Positions 53,255 to 62,583 of a stretch of DNA of 64,000 nt are shown piece by piece; position 1 is the stretch's first letter, and each line of letters starts with the position of its first letter. Source of the stretch: an uncultured Hyphomicrobiales bacterium (lineage in GTDB: Bacteria; Pseudomonadota; Alphaproteobacteria; Rhizobiales; Amorphaceae). Under the pieces are notes generated by a model. It was not told where the DNA came from and did not search any database. It was given only the letters and a program-made list of their open reading frames with translations. Location of the stretch: the NCBI GenBank assembly GCA_964547415.1, contig CAZJNX010000002.1, positions 66 to 64,065 of the forward strand, read 5' to 3'. Made by a program: the position numbers and the translations under genes.

Positions 53255-54172
53255 ATGAGCGAAGGCGGACGGCCCCTGCGGCGCGAGGAGGCGATGCGCT
53301 CGCTCCTGTTCGTGCCGGCAGACTCCGAGAAGAAGCTCGCCAAGGCGCCGGGCGCGGGAGCGGACGTGCTGCTCGTGGACCTCGAGGATTCGGTGGCGCC
53401 GGGGCGGAAGGCCGAGGCGCGGGCGATCGCGGCCGACTTCCTGCGCAAGGCGCGGCAGGAGGACGGGCGCCCGCTCCTCTACGTCAGGATCAACGCCTTC
53501 GACACGGGCCTCGTGGAGGACGACCTTGCGGGCGTGATGCCCGCGCGGCCCGACGGGATCCTGCTGCCCAAGGCGGGGAGCGGGGCGGACGTGACCCGGC
53601 TCGACGCGATGCTCGCCGTCCACGAGGCGGAGGCGGGTCTTCCCGACGGGTCGACCCGGATCGTCGCGCTCGCCACCGAGACGGCGGCGTCGCTTTTCAC
53701 CTGCGGCAGCTACGCGGGTTCGAGCCCCCGCCTCGCCGGCCTGACCTGGGGCGCGGAGGACCTGTCGGCGGACGTCGGCGCGGCGGCCGTGCGCACGCCT
53801 TCGGGCGAATACCTCGACCTCTTCCGCATCGCCCGGAGCCTGTGCGTGGCCGGTGCCGTCGCCGCGGGCGTGACGCCGGTGGACACCGTCTTCACCGCCT
53901 ACCGGGACGAAGACGCGCTGACGCGGGAGACGGAGGCGGCCGCCCGCGACGGCTTCCTCGCCAAGATGGCGATCCACCCGGCCCAGGTGCCGGTCATCAA
54001 CCGCGTCTTCACCCCCTCGCCCGAGGCGGTGGAGCGGGCGCAGGCGGTGGTGGCCGCCTTCGAGGCGGCGGACGCGGACGCGGGCGTCGTCGGCGTCGGC
54101 GGGGAGATGCTCGACCGGCCGCACCTGAAGCGGGCCGAGCGGCTCCTGGCGCGGGCGGGGGCGCAGGCCTGA
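53255..54172 (+). CDS. HpcH/HpaI aldolase / CitE-like CoA-ester lyase
   Basis: MRSLLFVPADSEKKLAKA...DVLLVDLEDSVAP...LPKA.S..DV...GAEDLSADVG...IHPAQVPVIN. It is paired with the MaoC-like gene. Alternative start at Met14 (53294). Confidence 0.85.
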   Translation: MSEGGRPLRREEAMRSLLFVPADSEKKLAKAPGAGADVLLVDLEDSVAPGRKAEARAIAADFLRKARQEDGRPLLYVRINAFDTGLVEDDLAGVMPARPDGILLPKAGSGADVTRLDAMLAVHEAEAGLPDGSTRIVALATETAASLFTCGSYAGSSPRLAGLTWGAEDLSADVGAAAVRTPSGEYLDLFRIARSLCVAGAVAAGVTPVDTVFTAYRDEDALTRETEAAARDGFLAKMAIHPAQVPVINRVFTPSPEAVERAQAVVAAFEAADADAGVVGVGGEMLDRPHLKRAERLLARAGAQA

Positions 54173-54252
54173 TCCACCGTCACATGCACGTCACGGGTGC
54201 GGCGTACCGCTCGACGGTGTAAAGGCCTCGAGCGGACCTTCCGGAGCACGCC

Positions 54253-54540
54253 ATGACCCGCCTCCTCCTCGTTCTCGCCGTCCTCGCCGGTGGCGCCGTC
54301 GCCGCCCACGCCTCCGATCCGGCCTCCTTCGGCGGCGGCGCCTGCCACCAGATGGCTGAGGACCACGACCCGGCCGATCTGTGGGTCGGCCGCTTCGCCG
54401 GCATCAAGGACGGTGCGGGCGGCCGCAGCCCGGACGCCGTCGCCTGCTTCACCGACCATGAGGCCTGCATGCGCTGGGTGACGGCCCAGTCCGGCGGCAC
54501 CGCCCAGATCATCTCCATGAGCTGCCATCGCGGCACCTGA
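54253..54540 (+). CDS. Hypothetical secreted Cys-containing small protein (95 aa)
   Basis: It has the signal peptide MTRLLLVLAVLAGGAVAAHA and four Cys in the mature part. No family was recognised. Confidence 0.55.
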   Translation: MTRLLLVLAVLAGGAVAAHASDPASFGGGACHQMAEDHDPADLWVGRFAGIKDGAGGRSPDAVACFTDHEACMRWVTAQSGGTAQIISMSCHRGT

Positions 54541-54575
54541 CCGCCCGCGCGGCGCCCGCCCCGCGCGGGCGCCGG

Positions 54576-55487
54576 TCACCCGGCGGCGCGACGGGCCGCA
54601 CCCTCCGCCCGGTGCGCCGCCGACTTCGCCTTGCCGGCGAGGGTCTGAACGTCCGGTCCGGCCCGGCGCGGGATGACGCGGTAGCGCGCCTCCACGAACA
54701 GGTAGACGGCGAAGGCGACGAGGCCGAGGCCGACGATGCCGAGCGCGATCCGCCCGCCGGGCGAACCGCGGATGGCGGAGAAGGCCTGGTTGATGCCGCC
54801 CGCCTCGGACGGGTCGTGGGTCCATGCCGCGTACACGAAGAAGGCGCCGATCAGCACGACCACGACGCCGTGGGCGAACAGGCCGAACTTCAGGAACGGG
54901 TCGAGCCGCTCCGTGGTCGGGCTGACCCTGAGGTCCTCCTTGTACTTCTCCTTGAAGCCCTTCACCCAGAAGTAGATGCCGGCACCGATCACCACGGCGC
55001 CGACGATCCCCACCAGCCAGCGGCCGAAGGGCTGGGCCATGAGCGTCGCCGTCATCCCCTCCGTGCCGCCGCCAGCACCCCCGGACGAGCCGCCACCGCC
55101 GCCCGAGGCGCTGCCGGGCCCGTCGTAGGAGGCGAACACCAGGGAGAAGGCGTAAAGGCCGAGGAAGAGGTGGATGATCCCGCTCACCACCATGCCCGTC
55201 CGGGCGACGAGGCCCTTGGCGCCCGTGCCCTCGTCCTCGAGGTCCATGGCCGCGTCCACCGCCCGCCAGATCGCATAGGCGAACAGGCCCACCGTGATGA
55301 CGACGAGGAGGACATCGCCCCACGCCTGCCCGGTGAGCCAGGAAAGGGCGCCCTTCGTCCCCTCCGCGCTGCCGCCCCAGACGGCGGCCGCCGCGGCGAG
55401 CCCGCCGACGATCACGTAGACGAGCCCGCGGCCCGCGTAACCCGCCCGCATCACCGGGTCGACCCATCCCGAAACGTCGCTTGCCAT
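54576..55487 (-). CDS. DUF1206-like membrane protein with internal Gly/Ser-rich linker
   Basis: It has three repeated hairpin-like TM pairs (GLVYVIVGGLA..., MVVSGIIHLFLGLYAF..., WLVGIVGAVVIGAGIYF..., FAHGVVVVLIGAFFVYAAW..., ALGIVGLGLVAFAVYLF). Family assignment is from memory. Confidence 0.75.
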   Translation of the reverse strand: MASDVSGWVDPVMRAGYAGRGLVYVIVGGLAAAAAVWGGSAEGTKGALSWLTGQAWGDVLLVVITVGLFAYAIWRAVDAAMDLEDEGTGAKGLVARTGMVVSGIIHLFLGLYAFSLVFASYDGPGSASGGGGGSSGGAGGGTEGMTATLMAQPFGRWLVGIVGAVVIGAGIYFWVKGFKEKYKEDLRVSPTTERLDPFLKFGLFAHGVVVVLIGAFFVYAAWTHDPSEAGGINQAFSAIRGSPGGRIALGIVGLGLVAFAVYLFVEARYRVIPRRAGPDVQTLAGKAKSAAHRAEGAARRAAG

Positions 55488-55647
55488 CTCGCATCTCCCG
55501 TCTTCGCTCCGGGGTCTACGCGGGCCCGGGGCGCAGGTTCCGGTCCCCTCCCGCGCGAGAGGATAACGGTCCTAGGTCAAATCCTCTTGTAGACCCTTTT
55601 TGTTCCCTATACGATCCAGCCTAACGGAACGACGCGGGCGGCTTGCG

Positions 55648-56748
55648 ATGATGACGGCTGACAGGGCGACGGCGCGGGGCGGCGGGCGGAAGGGCCGCGG
55701 GGCGGGCATCAACCCGGCCGGCCGGTTCGAGCGGCTGTCGGGCAACCTCGAGGACGACGGGTGGGGGAGCGCGGCCGAGGTGGCGCAGGCGGTCCCCGCC
55801 ACCACGGTGACGCAGGAGCGGGCGCGCACCATCATCACCCGCAACGATTCGCCCGACATCGGCTTCGACCGGTCGATCAACAGCTACCGCGGCTGCGAGC
55901 ACGGGTGCGTCTACTGCTTCGCCCGGCCGAGCCACGCCCACATCGGGCTGTCTCCGGGCCTCGACTTCGAAACGCGCCTTTACGTGAAGCCGGACGCCGC
56001 CCGCCTCCTCGAGAAGGAGCTGGCGGCGCCCGCCTACGTGCCGCGCACCATCGCCATCGGCACCAACACGGACCCTTACCAGCCCATCGAGCGGGAGCAC
56101 CGCTCCACCCGCGCGGTGCTCGAGGTGCTCGCGAGGACCCGCCACCCCGTCGGCATCGTGACGAAGTCCCACCTCGTCACGCGGGACCTCGACATCCTGT
56201 CGGAGATGGGGCGGGCGGGGATCGCCAAGGTGGCGATCTCGCTGACGACGCTCGACCGCACCCTGTCCCGCCGGATGGAGCCGCGGGCGCCCGCGCCGGA
56301 ACGGCGGCTGGAGGCCATCGCGGCGCTTTCCGCGGCGGGAGTGCCGGTGATGGCGCTGGTCGCGCCGGTGGTGCCGGCGATCAACGACCACGAGGTGGAG
56401 CGGCTGGTGGCGGCCGCCGCCGAGGCGGGGGCGAGCCATGGCGAGTACGTGGTGCTGCGCCTGCCGCGGGAGGTGTCGGACATCGTGCGGGACTGGCTCG
56501 GCCGCCACTATCCGGACCGGGCGCGGCGGGTGATGTCGATCATGCGGGCGATGCGCGGGGGCCGCGACTACGACGCCCGCTGGGGCACGCGCATGCGCGG
56601 CACGGGCCCGTTCGCGGAGCTGGTGGAAAGCCGCTTCGACCGGGCGGCGCGCGCGGCCGGCCTGTCGCGCACGCGCATCCGCCTGCGCACGGACCTCTTC
56701 CGCCCGCCCCGCCGGGAGACGGCCCAGCTCTCCCTCTTCGGCGACTGA
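55648..56748 (+). CDS. Radical SAM protein, PA0069/SplB-like (DNA-repair-photolyase-like) family
   Basis: MMTADRATARGGGRKGRGAGINPAGRFE... is followed by NSYRGCEHGCVYCFARP (CxxxCxxC) and GTNTDPYQPIE. Confidence 0.85.
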   Translation: MMTADRATARGGGRKGRGAGINPAGRFERLSGNLEDDGWGSAAEVAQAVPATTVTQERARTIITRNDSPDIGFDRSINSYRGCEHGCVYCFARPSHAHIGLSPGLDFETRLYVKPDAARLLEKELAAPAYVPRTIAIGTNTDPYQPIEREHRSTRAVLEVLARTRHPVGIVTKSHLVTRDLDILSEMGRAGIAKVAISLTTLDRTLSRRMEPRAPAPERRLEAIAALSAAGVPVMALVAPVVPAINDHEVERLVAAAAEAGASHGEYVVLRLPREVSDIVRDWLGRHYPDRARRVMSIMRAMRGGRDYDARWGTRMRGTGPFAELVESRFDRAARAAGLSRTRIRLRTDLFRPPRRETAQLSLFGD

Positions 56749-56904
56749 CGGGACGCGCGCCGCGTGTCGGTCAGGAGAGGGGCAGCCCGACCCGCGGCGG
56801 TCGCGACGGCCGGGCGCATACCGGGCCGCGGCGGATGAAGGGCAGCGACCATCGCGGGCGAGGCGCCGCCGGAATGGCGTCCGGCGGCCCGACCGCGCAG
56901 AGCG

Positions 56905-57080
56905 GTCGCGGTAGGGCCGGGTCGGGGCGGGTGCGAGCCGGTGCGGGTCGGGCCGGGGCGGTTCGGTCCAGGTCGCGGCCGGGGCGGGCCGGTGCTGGTC
57001 GGGCCGGTGCGAGACGGTGCGGGTCGGGCCAGAGCGGGTCGGGCCGGGGCGGGTCGGTCCAGGTCGCGGCCGGGGCGGAC
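56905..57080. repeat. G-rich (plus strand) nested direct repeats between convergent genes
   Basis: Copy A is 56931-56987 and copy B is 57007-57078. They share GTGCGAG(C/A)CGGTGCGGGTCGGGCC...GGTCGGTCCAGGTCGCGGCCGGGGCGG. B carries an extra 15-nt internal duplication (GGGTCGGGCCAGAGC). Shorter GGGTCGGGGCGG-like units flank them. Confidence 0.8.
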
Positions 57081-57099
57081 TGCCGGCGCGGGCGGGGCG

Positions 57100-58869
57100 T
57101 CAGGCGTCCCCGAGGGTGACGCCCTGCTCGAGCGGGATCGACAGGGTGGCGGCGAGGCCCTCCTCGCGGAAGGCGACGTGCACCTCCGCGTCGAGGGAGC
57201 GGGCGAGGGTGCGCTCGAGGACGTTGAGGCCGAAGCCCCGGTAACTCGGCTTGCGCACGGGCGGCCCCCCCTCCTCGCGCCAGTCGATGGTGAGGAAGGC
57301 GCGCCCGTCCGGCTTGTCGATCCGCCAGGCCACCTTCACCCGCCCGCCGGCGACCGAGAAGGCGCCGTGGCGCTGGGCGTTCGCGGCGAGTTCGTGGATC
57401 GCGAGGCCGAGGTTCTGGGAGACTTCCGGCGTCAGCGTCACCCGCGGGCCGTCCACGTCGAAATGGACCGCCTCGGGCCCCTGGGACTGGGCGATCTGGA
57501 GCCAGACGAGCTCGGACAGGTCCACCCCGCCCCAGTTGTCGGCGACGATGAGGTCCTGGGCCGCCGACAGGGCGCGCAACCGCCCGGTGAGTGCCTCCAC
57601 GTAGTCCTTCACGGACCCCGCGCCCTGGGCGGTCTGGCGGGCGATCGCGATGGTGACGGCGAGGAGGTTCTTGGTGCGGTGGGTGAGCTCGCGCATCACC
57701 TGGCGCATCTGCTCCTCGTTGCGCCGCCGGTGCGTGACGTCGACGGCCGCGCACGTGACGCCCACCACCTCGCCGCCCGAATCGGTGTCGGGCTCCACGT
57801 GGAGGTCGAAGTAACGCCGCCCCGGCCCGGTCCCCACCCCGACCTCCCGGGACAGGGGCTGGCCCGTCTCGATCACGGCGCGCTTCAGGTCGATCACCGG
57901 CTGCCGGTCCTCCGCCGGCAGGATGTCCGCGTCCGTCCGCCCGATCACGTCCTCGGTGGCGAACCCCTCGAAGGCGCCGTTGGACCAGTGGTAGACGAGG
58001 TCCCGGTCCTGGCTCGTCACCGCGATGCGCCCGCTCCTCAGGGTGAGGCGCAGCTGCCGGAGGGTCTGGGCGAGGCGGCGGGACAGATCGGCCCGCGCCG
58101 CCTCGAGCTGGCGCTGCTGCGTCACGTCCGCGGCGAGCCCGACGAGCCAGCGCGCCCCGTCCGGGCCGGACACCGGCATCACGTCGACGAGGAAGCTGAT
58201 GCTCTCCTCCCCCTGCGCGAGGTCGAGGTGGAAGACCTCCGGCTCGCCGGTCGCGAGCGCCCGTCGCTTGGGCTCAAGGGTGAGGGGGAGGAACTCGGGC
58301 GGGACCAGGTCCTCCTCCGAGCGGCCCACGATCTCCCTTTCCTGCCAGCCGAACCGGGGGTTGACGATCCAGCGGTAGACGAGCCGGTCGTCCTGCAGGA
58401 AGGCGGTGATGCCCGCCCGCGCCAGCACCGGCACCATCGTCTCCAGCATCGACGCGGCCGTCGTGTCCCGCCCCGCGAAGACGAGCCCGCCGCCCCCGCC
58501 GGAGAGCGCCTCTTCCACGTGCTGCACGGTCGGACCGGCGGGCGCCGCGCCCGCGCCCGGCGGAGGCGCCGCCGCGTCCGCCCGCGCGCCGGGCGAGAGG
58601 CCGGCGATCCCCACGACGAGGAGCACGACGAGGACGAGGACGGCGAGGAAGAGGATCAGCAGCGCCGTGGAGACGACGGGGCTCGCGCTGCCCGCCTCCC
58701 CGGCGAGGACGGCGACGCCCGCGGCGGCGAGCGCGAGCGCGGTGATCGCCGTGCTCGCCCGCTTCGTCGTCCGGTTCGCGGCGAGGAAGAGGTCGGCGAC
58801 GGCGAGGCCCGCGAGGACGAACAGGCCCGCGGGCAGGAGCGTGAGCAGGGTGTCCGTCAGGCCGGCCAC
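57100..58869 (-). CDS. HWE-family sensor histidine kinase (N-terminal TM segments, PAS domains, HisKA_2/HWE core)
   Basis: GTG start at 58869 with a GGGAGG Shine-Dalgarno. The core motifs are ELTHRTKNLLAVT (H-box), HELAANAQRHGA, WREEGGP and RGFGLNVLE. Confidence 0.88.
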   Translation of the reverse strand: MAGLTDTLLTLLPAGLFVLAGLAVADLFLAANRTTKRASTAITALALAAAGVAVLAGEAGSASPVVSTALLILFLAVLVLVVLLVVGIAGLSPGARADAAAPPPGAGAAPAGPTVQHVEEALSGGGGGLVFAGRDTTAASMLETMVPVLARAGITAFLQDDRLVYRWIVNPRFGWQEREIVGRSEEDLVPPEFLPLTLEPKRRALATGEPEVFHLDLAQGEESISFLVDVMPVSGPDGARWLVGLAADVTQQRQLEAARADLSRRLAQTLRQLRLTLRSGRIAVTSQDRDLVYHWSNGAFEGFATEDVIGRTDADILPAEDRQPVIDLKRAVIETGQPLSREVGVGTGPGRRYFDLHVEPDTDSGGEVVGVTCAAVDVTHRRRNEEQMRQVMRELTHRTKNLLAVTIAIARQTAQGAGSVKDYVEALTGRLRALSAAQDLIVADNWGGVDLSELVWLQIAQSQGPEAVHFDVDGPRVTLTPEVSQNLGLAIHELAANAQRHGAFSVAGGRVKVAWRIDKPDGRAFLTIDWREEGGPPVRKPSYRGFGLNVLERTLARSLDAEVHVAFREEGLAATLSIPLEQGVTLGDA

Positions 58870-59154
58870 CTTCCGCCTCCCGGCGAGGGCCGCCCGTCGT
58901 CGCGTGTGCGCAGGTCCGTTACCCGTGCGCGCGTCCGGCCCGACCCGCGCCGCCCGGCCCGCTCCCTACCCGACATCCATCCTCCGCACTCCTGCCGAGA
59001 TCGCCCGCCCCGCGCGCCCGCCCCATGCGTGTCCGGCGGGGGTGTCCCACAGAACCCGCCGAACCTCAACGCCGGCGGGCGCACTCCGGATCCCCCGCCG
59101 CTTGACCGGATGGTAAACAATTTGTCGGCTTCGTGCGCCCGCGATGGCGGACGA

Positions 59155-60681
59155 TCAGGCACCGAAGGCGAAGCCCGTGAGGCGGCGGTCCGCCCGCGTC
59201 ATGAAGAGGTCCAGGAGAGTGGCCCTCATCCGCGCGACGGCCGCCTCGCCAGCGGGCGCCGCTCGCCTGTCGGCCCGTTCCTCGGGATCCGCCGCCCGGT
59301 CGAACAAGAGCGGCGGAAGGCCGCCGTTGAAGTGGACGAGGGTGTGGCGCGCGTCGCGCAGGACGGCGGCGTTGCAGCGGGTCTCGCAAAGGCCGAGGGC
59401 GCGCTGGAAGCGCGTCGGCGACGACGGGTGGGAGAAGTCGACCTCCGTGAGGACAGACTGCCGGCGCGTCCGCCCGGCGGCGAGCGCGGGCAGCAGCGAG
59501 ACGCCGTCCATCGCCGGCGGCACCGGCGCGCCGAACCAGGACAGGACCGTCGGCGCGATGTCGCAGGCGCTCGCGAGCCCGCCCACCCTTGTGCCCCGCG
59601 GCCCGCCCGGCGCCCGCACGATCAGCGGCACCCGGTGGGCCGGGGCGAGGACGTTGTCCTTTCCCCAGAAGCCGCCGTCGCCGAGCATCTCCCCGTGGTC
59701 GGCCGTCACGATTACGAGCGTCGTCCCGGCAAGACCCGTCCGGTCGAGCCAGTCGAGGAGGCGCCCGAGGTGGTGGTCCACCTCCGCCACGAGTCCGAGG
59801 TAGACCGCCCGCAGCGCCGCCAGCGTGTCGGCCGAGAGCGCCGCCACGTTTCCCTCGAAGCCGTGGAAGAGGCCGTGCTGGGCGGGCGCGGAGAACCAGG
59901 CGTCGCGGAACGGGTGGTCGAGGGCGACGGACGCGGGGGCCGGCACGTCCGCGGGCGCCACGGCCCGGTTCCACGGGGCGGGCGCGACGAGCGGCGGATG
60001 GGGCCGGATGTAGGTGACGTGGGCGACAAACGGCGCGTCCCGCCGCGCCTCGAGGGCGGCGAGGGTGCGGTCGGTGAGGAAGGCGGTGTCGCTGTCGGCA
60101 GCGGCGTAGACGGCCGGATCGGTCGGGCGCGGCGGGCGGCCCTCCGCGACGGGCCGGTAGAGGTCCATGAGCCGCTCGGGCAGCGGCCGCGGCAGGTCGT
60201 AGCCGCGCGCGGCGAGGTGGCCGAGCCATTCGAACGGCGCCTCGGCCCGCATCTCCACGATCTCGCGGAAGCCGGGGGCCGGCTGCTCGTAGGAGCGGAA
60301 GTCCGGGTCGGCGAGGTCCCGTCCGGTGGGGTCGGGCGCCGTGTCCGTGTAGCCGAACAGGAGCGGCTCGCGGCCCGTCCGGCGCAACTCCGTGGCGAGG
60401 GTCGCGTGGTGGCGGGCGAGCGGCGTGCCGTTGCGGATGGAGCGGTGGTTGAAGGCGTGAAGGCCCGTGAGCAGGCTCGCCCGCGAGGGCCCGCACGGCA
60501 CCGCCGCCGCGAAGCACTCGGGGAAGTACGCCCCCTCCCCCATCAGCCGCTCGAAGGCGGGGAGCGGGACGAGGCCGGCGAGCGCGCCGTCGAGGACGTC
60601 TGCCCGCAGCTGGTCGCAGGTGACGAGGAGGAGGCTGCCCCCCTGCGCTCCCGCGCCCTCGAGGGGCGCGCGCTCAGCCAT
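59155..60681 (-). CDS. Formylglycine-type sulfatase / alkaline-phosphatase-superfamily hydrolase, phosphonate monoester hydrolase (PMH)-like
   Basis: 508 aa. It has LLLVTCDQLRAD and the VPCGPSRASLLTG CxPxR sulfatase signature, followed by YIRPHPPLVAP, VTADHGEMLGD and LPPLLFD.AADPEE. An 8-bp overlap with the phnX stop places it in the phosphonate operon. Confidence 0.85.
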   Translation of the reverse strand: MAERAPLEGAGAQGGSLLLVTCDQLRADVLDGALAGLVPLPAFERLMGEGAYFPECFAAAVPCGPSRASLLTGLHAFNHRSIRNGTPLARHHATLATELRRTGREPLLFGYTDTAPDPTGRDLADPDFRSYEQPAPGFREIVEMRAEAPFEWLGHLAARGYDLPRPLPERLMDLYRPVAEGRPPRPTDPAVYAAADSDTAFLTDRTLAALEARRDAPFVAHVTYIRPHPPLVAPAPWNRAVAPADVPAPASVALDHPFRDAWFSAPAQHGLFHGFEGNVAALSADTLAALRAVYLGLVAEVDHHLGRLLDWLDRTGLAGTTLVIVTADHGEMLGDGGFWGKDNVLAPAHRVPLIVRAPGGPRGTRVGGLASACDIAPTVLSWFGAPVPPAMDGVSLLPALAAGRTRRQSVLTEVDFSHPSSPTRFQRALGLCETRCNAAVLRDARHTLVHFNGGLPPLLFDRAADPEERADRRAAPAGEAAVARMRATLLDLFMTRADRRLTGFAFGA

Positions 60682-61459
60682 CGAGCCGCTCGAGGAGGGC
60701 CGGAAGGTCCGCCACCGTGTCGATCAGGTGGTCGGCGCCCGCCGCCTTCAGCCGCTCGCCGGCCGCCGCCCGCACCGCCGCGCGCTCGTCCTCCGACAGC
60801 GCCGCGATCTCCTCCGGGCGGCGCGCGGCGTAGTTGCCCGACAGCGTCACCCCGACGGTCGGAGAGCCCGCCGCAACCCCTTCGGCGATCCCGGCCTCCG
60901 TGTCGTCCACCTTCACGACGGCGGACGGCGGATGGACGACGAGGTCCAGGAAGCACTTGTACATGGCGAGCGGCCCCGGCCGCCCCTCCGGCAGGTCGTC
61001 CGCGCACACCAGATTGTCGGGCGAATAGCCCTGCGCGGCGGCGGCGGGCAGGACGCGCTCCATGATGGAGCGGGTGTAGCCGGTGGTGGAGCCGATCTTG
61101 AGGCCCATGGCCCTGAGGCGCGCCACCGCCTCGGCCGCGCCCGGCACCAGGGTCGCGTGGGCGGCCACCACCGCCTCGTTCATGGGCACGAACACCTCGT
61201 AGACGCGGTCGATGGCGGCCTCGTCCGGCGCCGCGCCCTGGGCCTTGCGCCAGGCGGCGGCGACGGCGGGGTCGGCGAGCATGGCGGCGATGTGGTCGCG
61301 CTTGGGAAGCCCCATCGGCGCGCGGGCCGCCGCCACCGTCACCGGCACCCCGAAGCGGGCGAAGGCCTCCACGAAGGCGTCCATGGGCGCGAAGGAGCCG
61401 AAGTCGATCATGGTGCCCGCCCAGTCGAACACCACCGCCTTGAACCGCCGCGTCGTCAT
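60674..61459 (-). CDS. phnX: Phosphonoacetaldehyde hydrolase (phosphonatase)
   Basis: MTTRRFKAVVFDWAGTMIDFGSFAPMDAFVEAF...APMGLPKRDHI...GSTTGYTR... is HAD motif I plus a Schiff-base Lys context. Its ATG overlaps the stop of the upstream oxidoreductase (ATGA). Confidence 0.9.
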   Translation of the reverse strand: MTTRRFKAVVFDWAGTMIDFGSFAPMDAFVEAFARFGVPVTVAAARAPMGLPKRDHIAAMLADPAVAAAWRKAQGAAPDEAAIDRVYEVFVPMNEAVVAAHATLVPGAAEAVARLRAMGLKIGSTTGYTRSIMERVLPAAAAQGYSPDNLVCADDLPEGRPGPLAMYKCFLDLVVHPPSAVVKVDDTEAGIAEGVAAGSPTVGVTLSGNYAARRPEEIAALSEDERAAVRAAAGERLKAAGADHLIDTVADLPALLERLDG

Positions 61460-62583
61460 GCCGCGCTCCGCTTCTTGCCGTCGCCGAAGAGGTCCGCCAC
61501 GGTCTCCTCCGCGATGGCGAAGGCGGTGGAGGCGCCGCAGCCGGCCGTCACGATCACGATCCGCGTCGCCGCGTCGGGCGCGTCGGTGAGGCGCCAGCGC
61601 CCGTCCGCGCTCGCGTAGGTGCCGGTCCACCGCTCCGTCACCACCCGCCCCGGCAGGGCGAGGACCGCGTCGAGCTCCTCGAGGATCAGCCGGTCCACCG
61701 CCTCGGGCTGGAAGGGATCCGGCGTCTGGCCGTAGTGGTGGCTGTCGCCGACGACGAGGCTGCCGTCCGCCGACTGCACGGCGATGAGGTGGACCCCGTT
61801 CGCCCGCGCCTCGGCCTGTTCCGCGTCGAGCCGCCGGGCGAGCGCCGCCGCCTCCGGCAGGGCCGCGTAGCCGCGGTAGCGCGCCAGGCCGAGGTCGGAC
61901 ATCACCGCGCAGGAAAGACGCGCGGGCGCGGCGGGCGCGACGCGCAGCATGTGGAGCTTCACGCGGGTGAGGCCCGGGGCGGCGAAGAGGGAGAGGTAGT
62001 CGTCCCCCGGGCAGACGATGACCGTCTCCGCCTCGATCGTCCCGCGGGTCGTCTCCAAGCGCGGCGCGGCGACGCCCGTGACCGCCGTCCCGAAGCGGAA
62101 GTCGACGCCGCCCTCGGCGAGCCACGCGGCGATCCGCGGCACGGCCGTGCGGCTTTCCACCCGGAGCTCATGGGGCGAGAAGAGCGCGCCGGTGACGCCT
62201 GGCGAGAGCGGGGCGAGGCGGCGGGCCTGGGCGGCGGCGAGGCGGCGGCAGCCCTCCCCCATGGGCGTCTTCAGGAACGCCTCCACGACGGCCTCCGCTT
62301 CCGGGCGGCGCGCGGTCACCAGGAGCCCGCGGTGGAGGACGGGGATCCTCGCCGCCTCGGCCACCTCGGCCCACACGTCCCGCGCCCGCCGCGCCTTCTC
62401 CCAGCAGTCCCCCGCCTCCTGACCCGTCACGGTGACGAAGCCGAAGTTGCGGATCGAGGCGCCGTTCGCCGCCGCGTCCCGCTCGATCACGACGACGCGC
62501 TTGCCCCGGCGGGATGCGGCGAGCGCGTGGGCGAGACCGACGATCCCGGCCCCGACGATGGCGACGTCGTAGGAAATGGCGAT
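61456..62583 (-). CDS. FAD-dependent oxidoreductase (DAO family; phosphonate-cluster-associated TIGR03364-like) lacking a canonical start codon
   Basis: The in-frame translation from directly after the upstream TAG is (ATC)I-A-I-S-Y-D-V-A-I-V-G-A-G-I-V-G-L-A-H-A-L-A-A-S-R-R-G-K-R-V-V-V-I-E-R-D.... The Rossmann GxGxxG lies upstream of the first ATG/GTG/TTG (GTG at 62490, used by the ORF track). Confidence 0.8.
   Translation of the reverse strand: MAISYDVAIVGAGIVGLAHALAASRRGKRVVVIERDAAANGASIRNFGFVTVTGQEAGDCWEKARRARDVWAEVAEAARIPVLHRGLLVTARRPEAEAVVEAFLKTPMGEGCRRLAAAQARRLAPLSPGVTGALFSPHELRVESRTAVPRIAAWLAEGGVDFRFGTAVTGVAAPRLETTRGTIEAETVIVCPGDDYLSLFAAPGLTRVKLHMLRVAPAAPARLSCAVMSDLGLARYRGYAALPEAAALARRLDAEQAEARANGVHLIAVQSADGSLVVGDSHHYGQTPDPFQPEAVDRLILEELDAVLALPGRVVTERWTGTYASADGRWRLTDAPDAATRIVIVTAGCGASTAFAIAEETVADLFGDGKKRSAA

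Noticed and set aside
43783-57080. CRISPR array as an interpretation of the tandem and direct repeats at 43783-43849 and 56905-57080.
   Set aside because: The repeats are directly adjacent or nested, with no unique spacers of 25-40 nt. There are only 2-3 copies and no cas genes.
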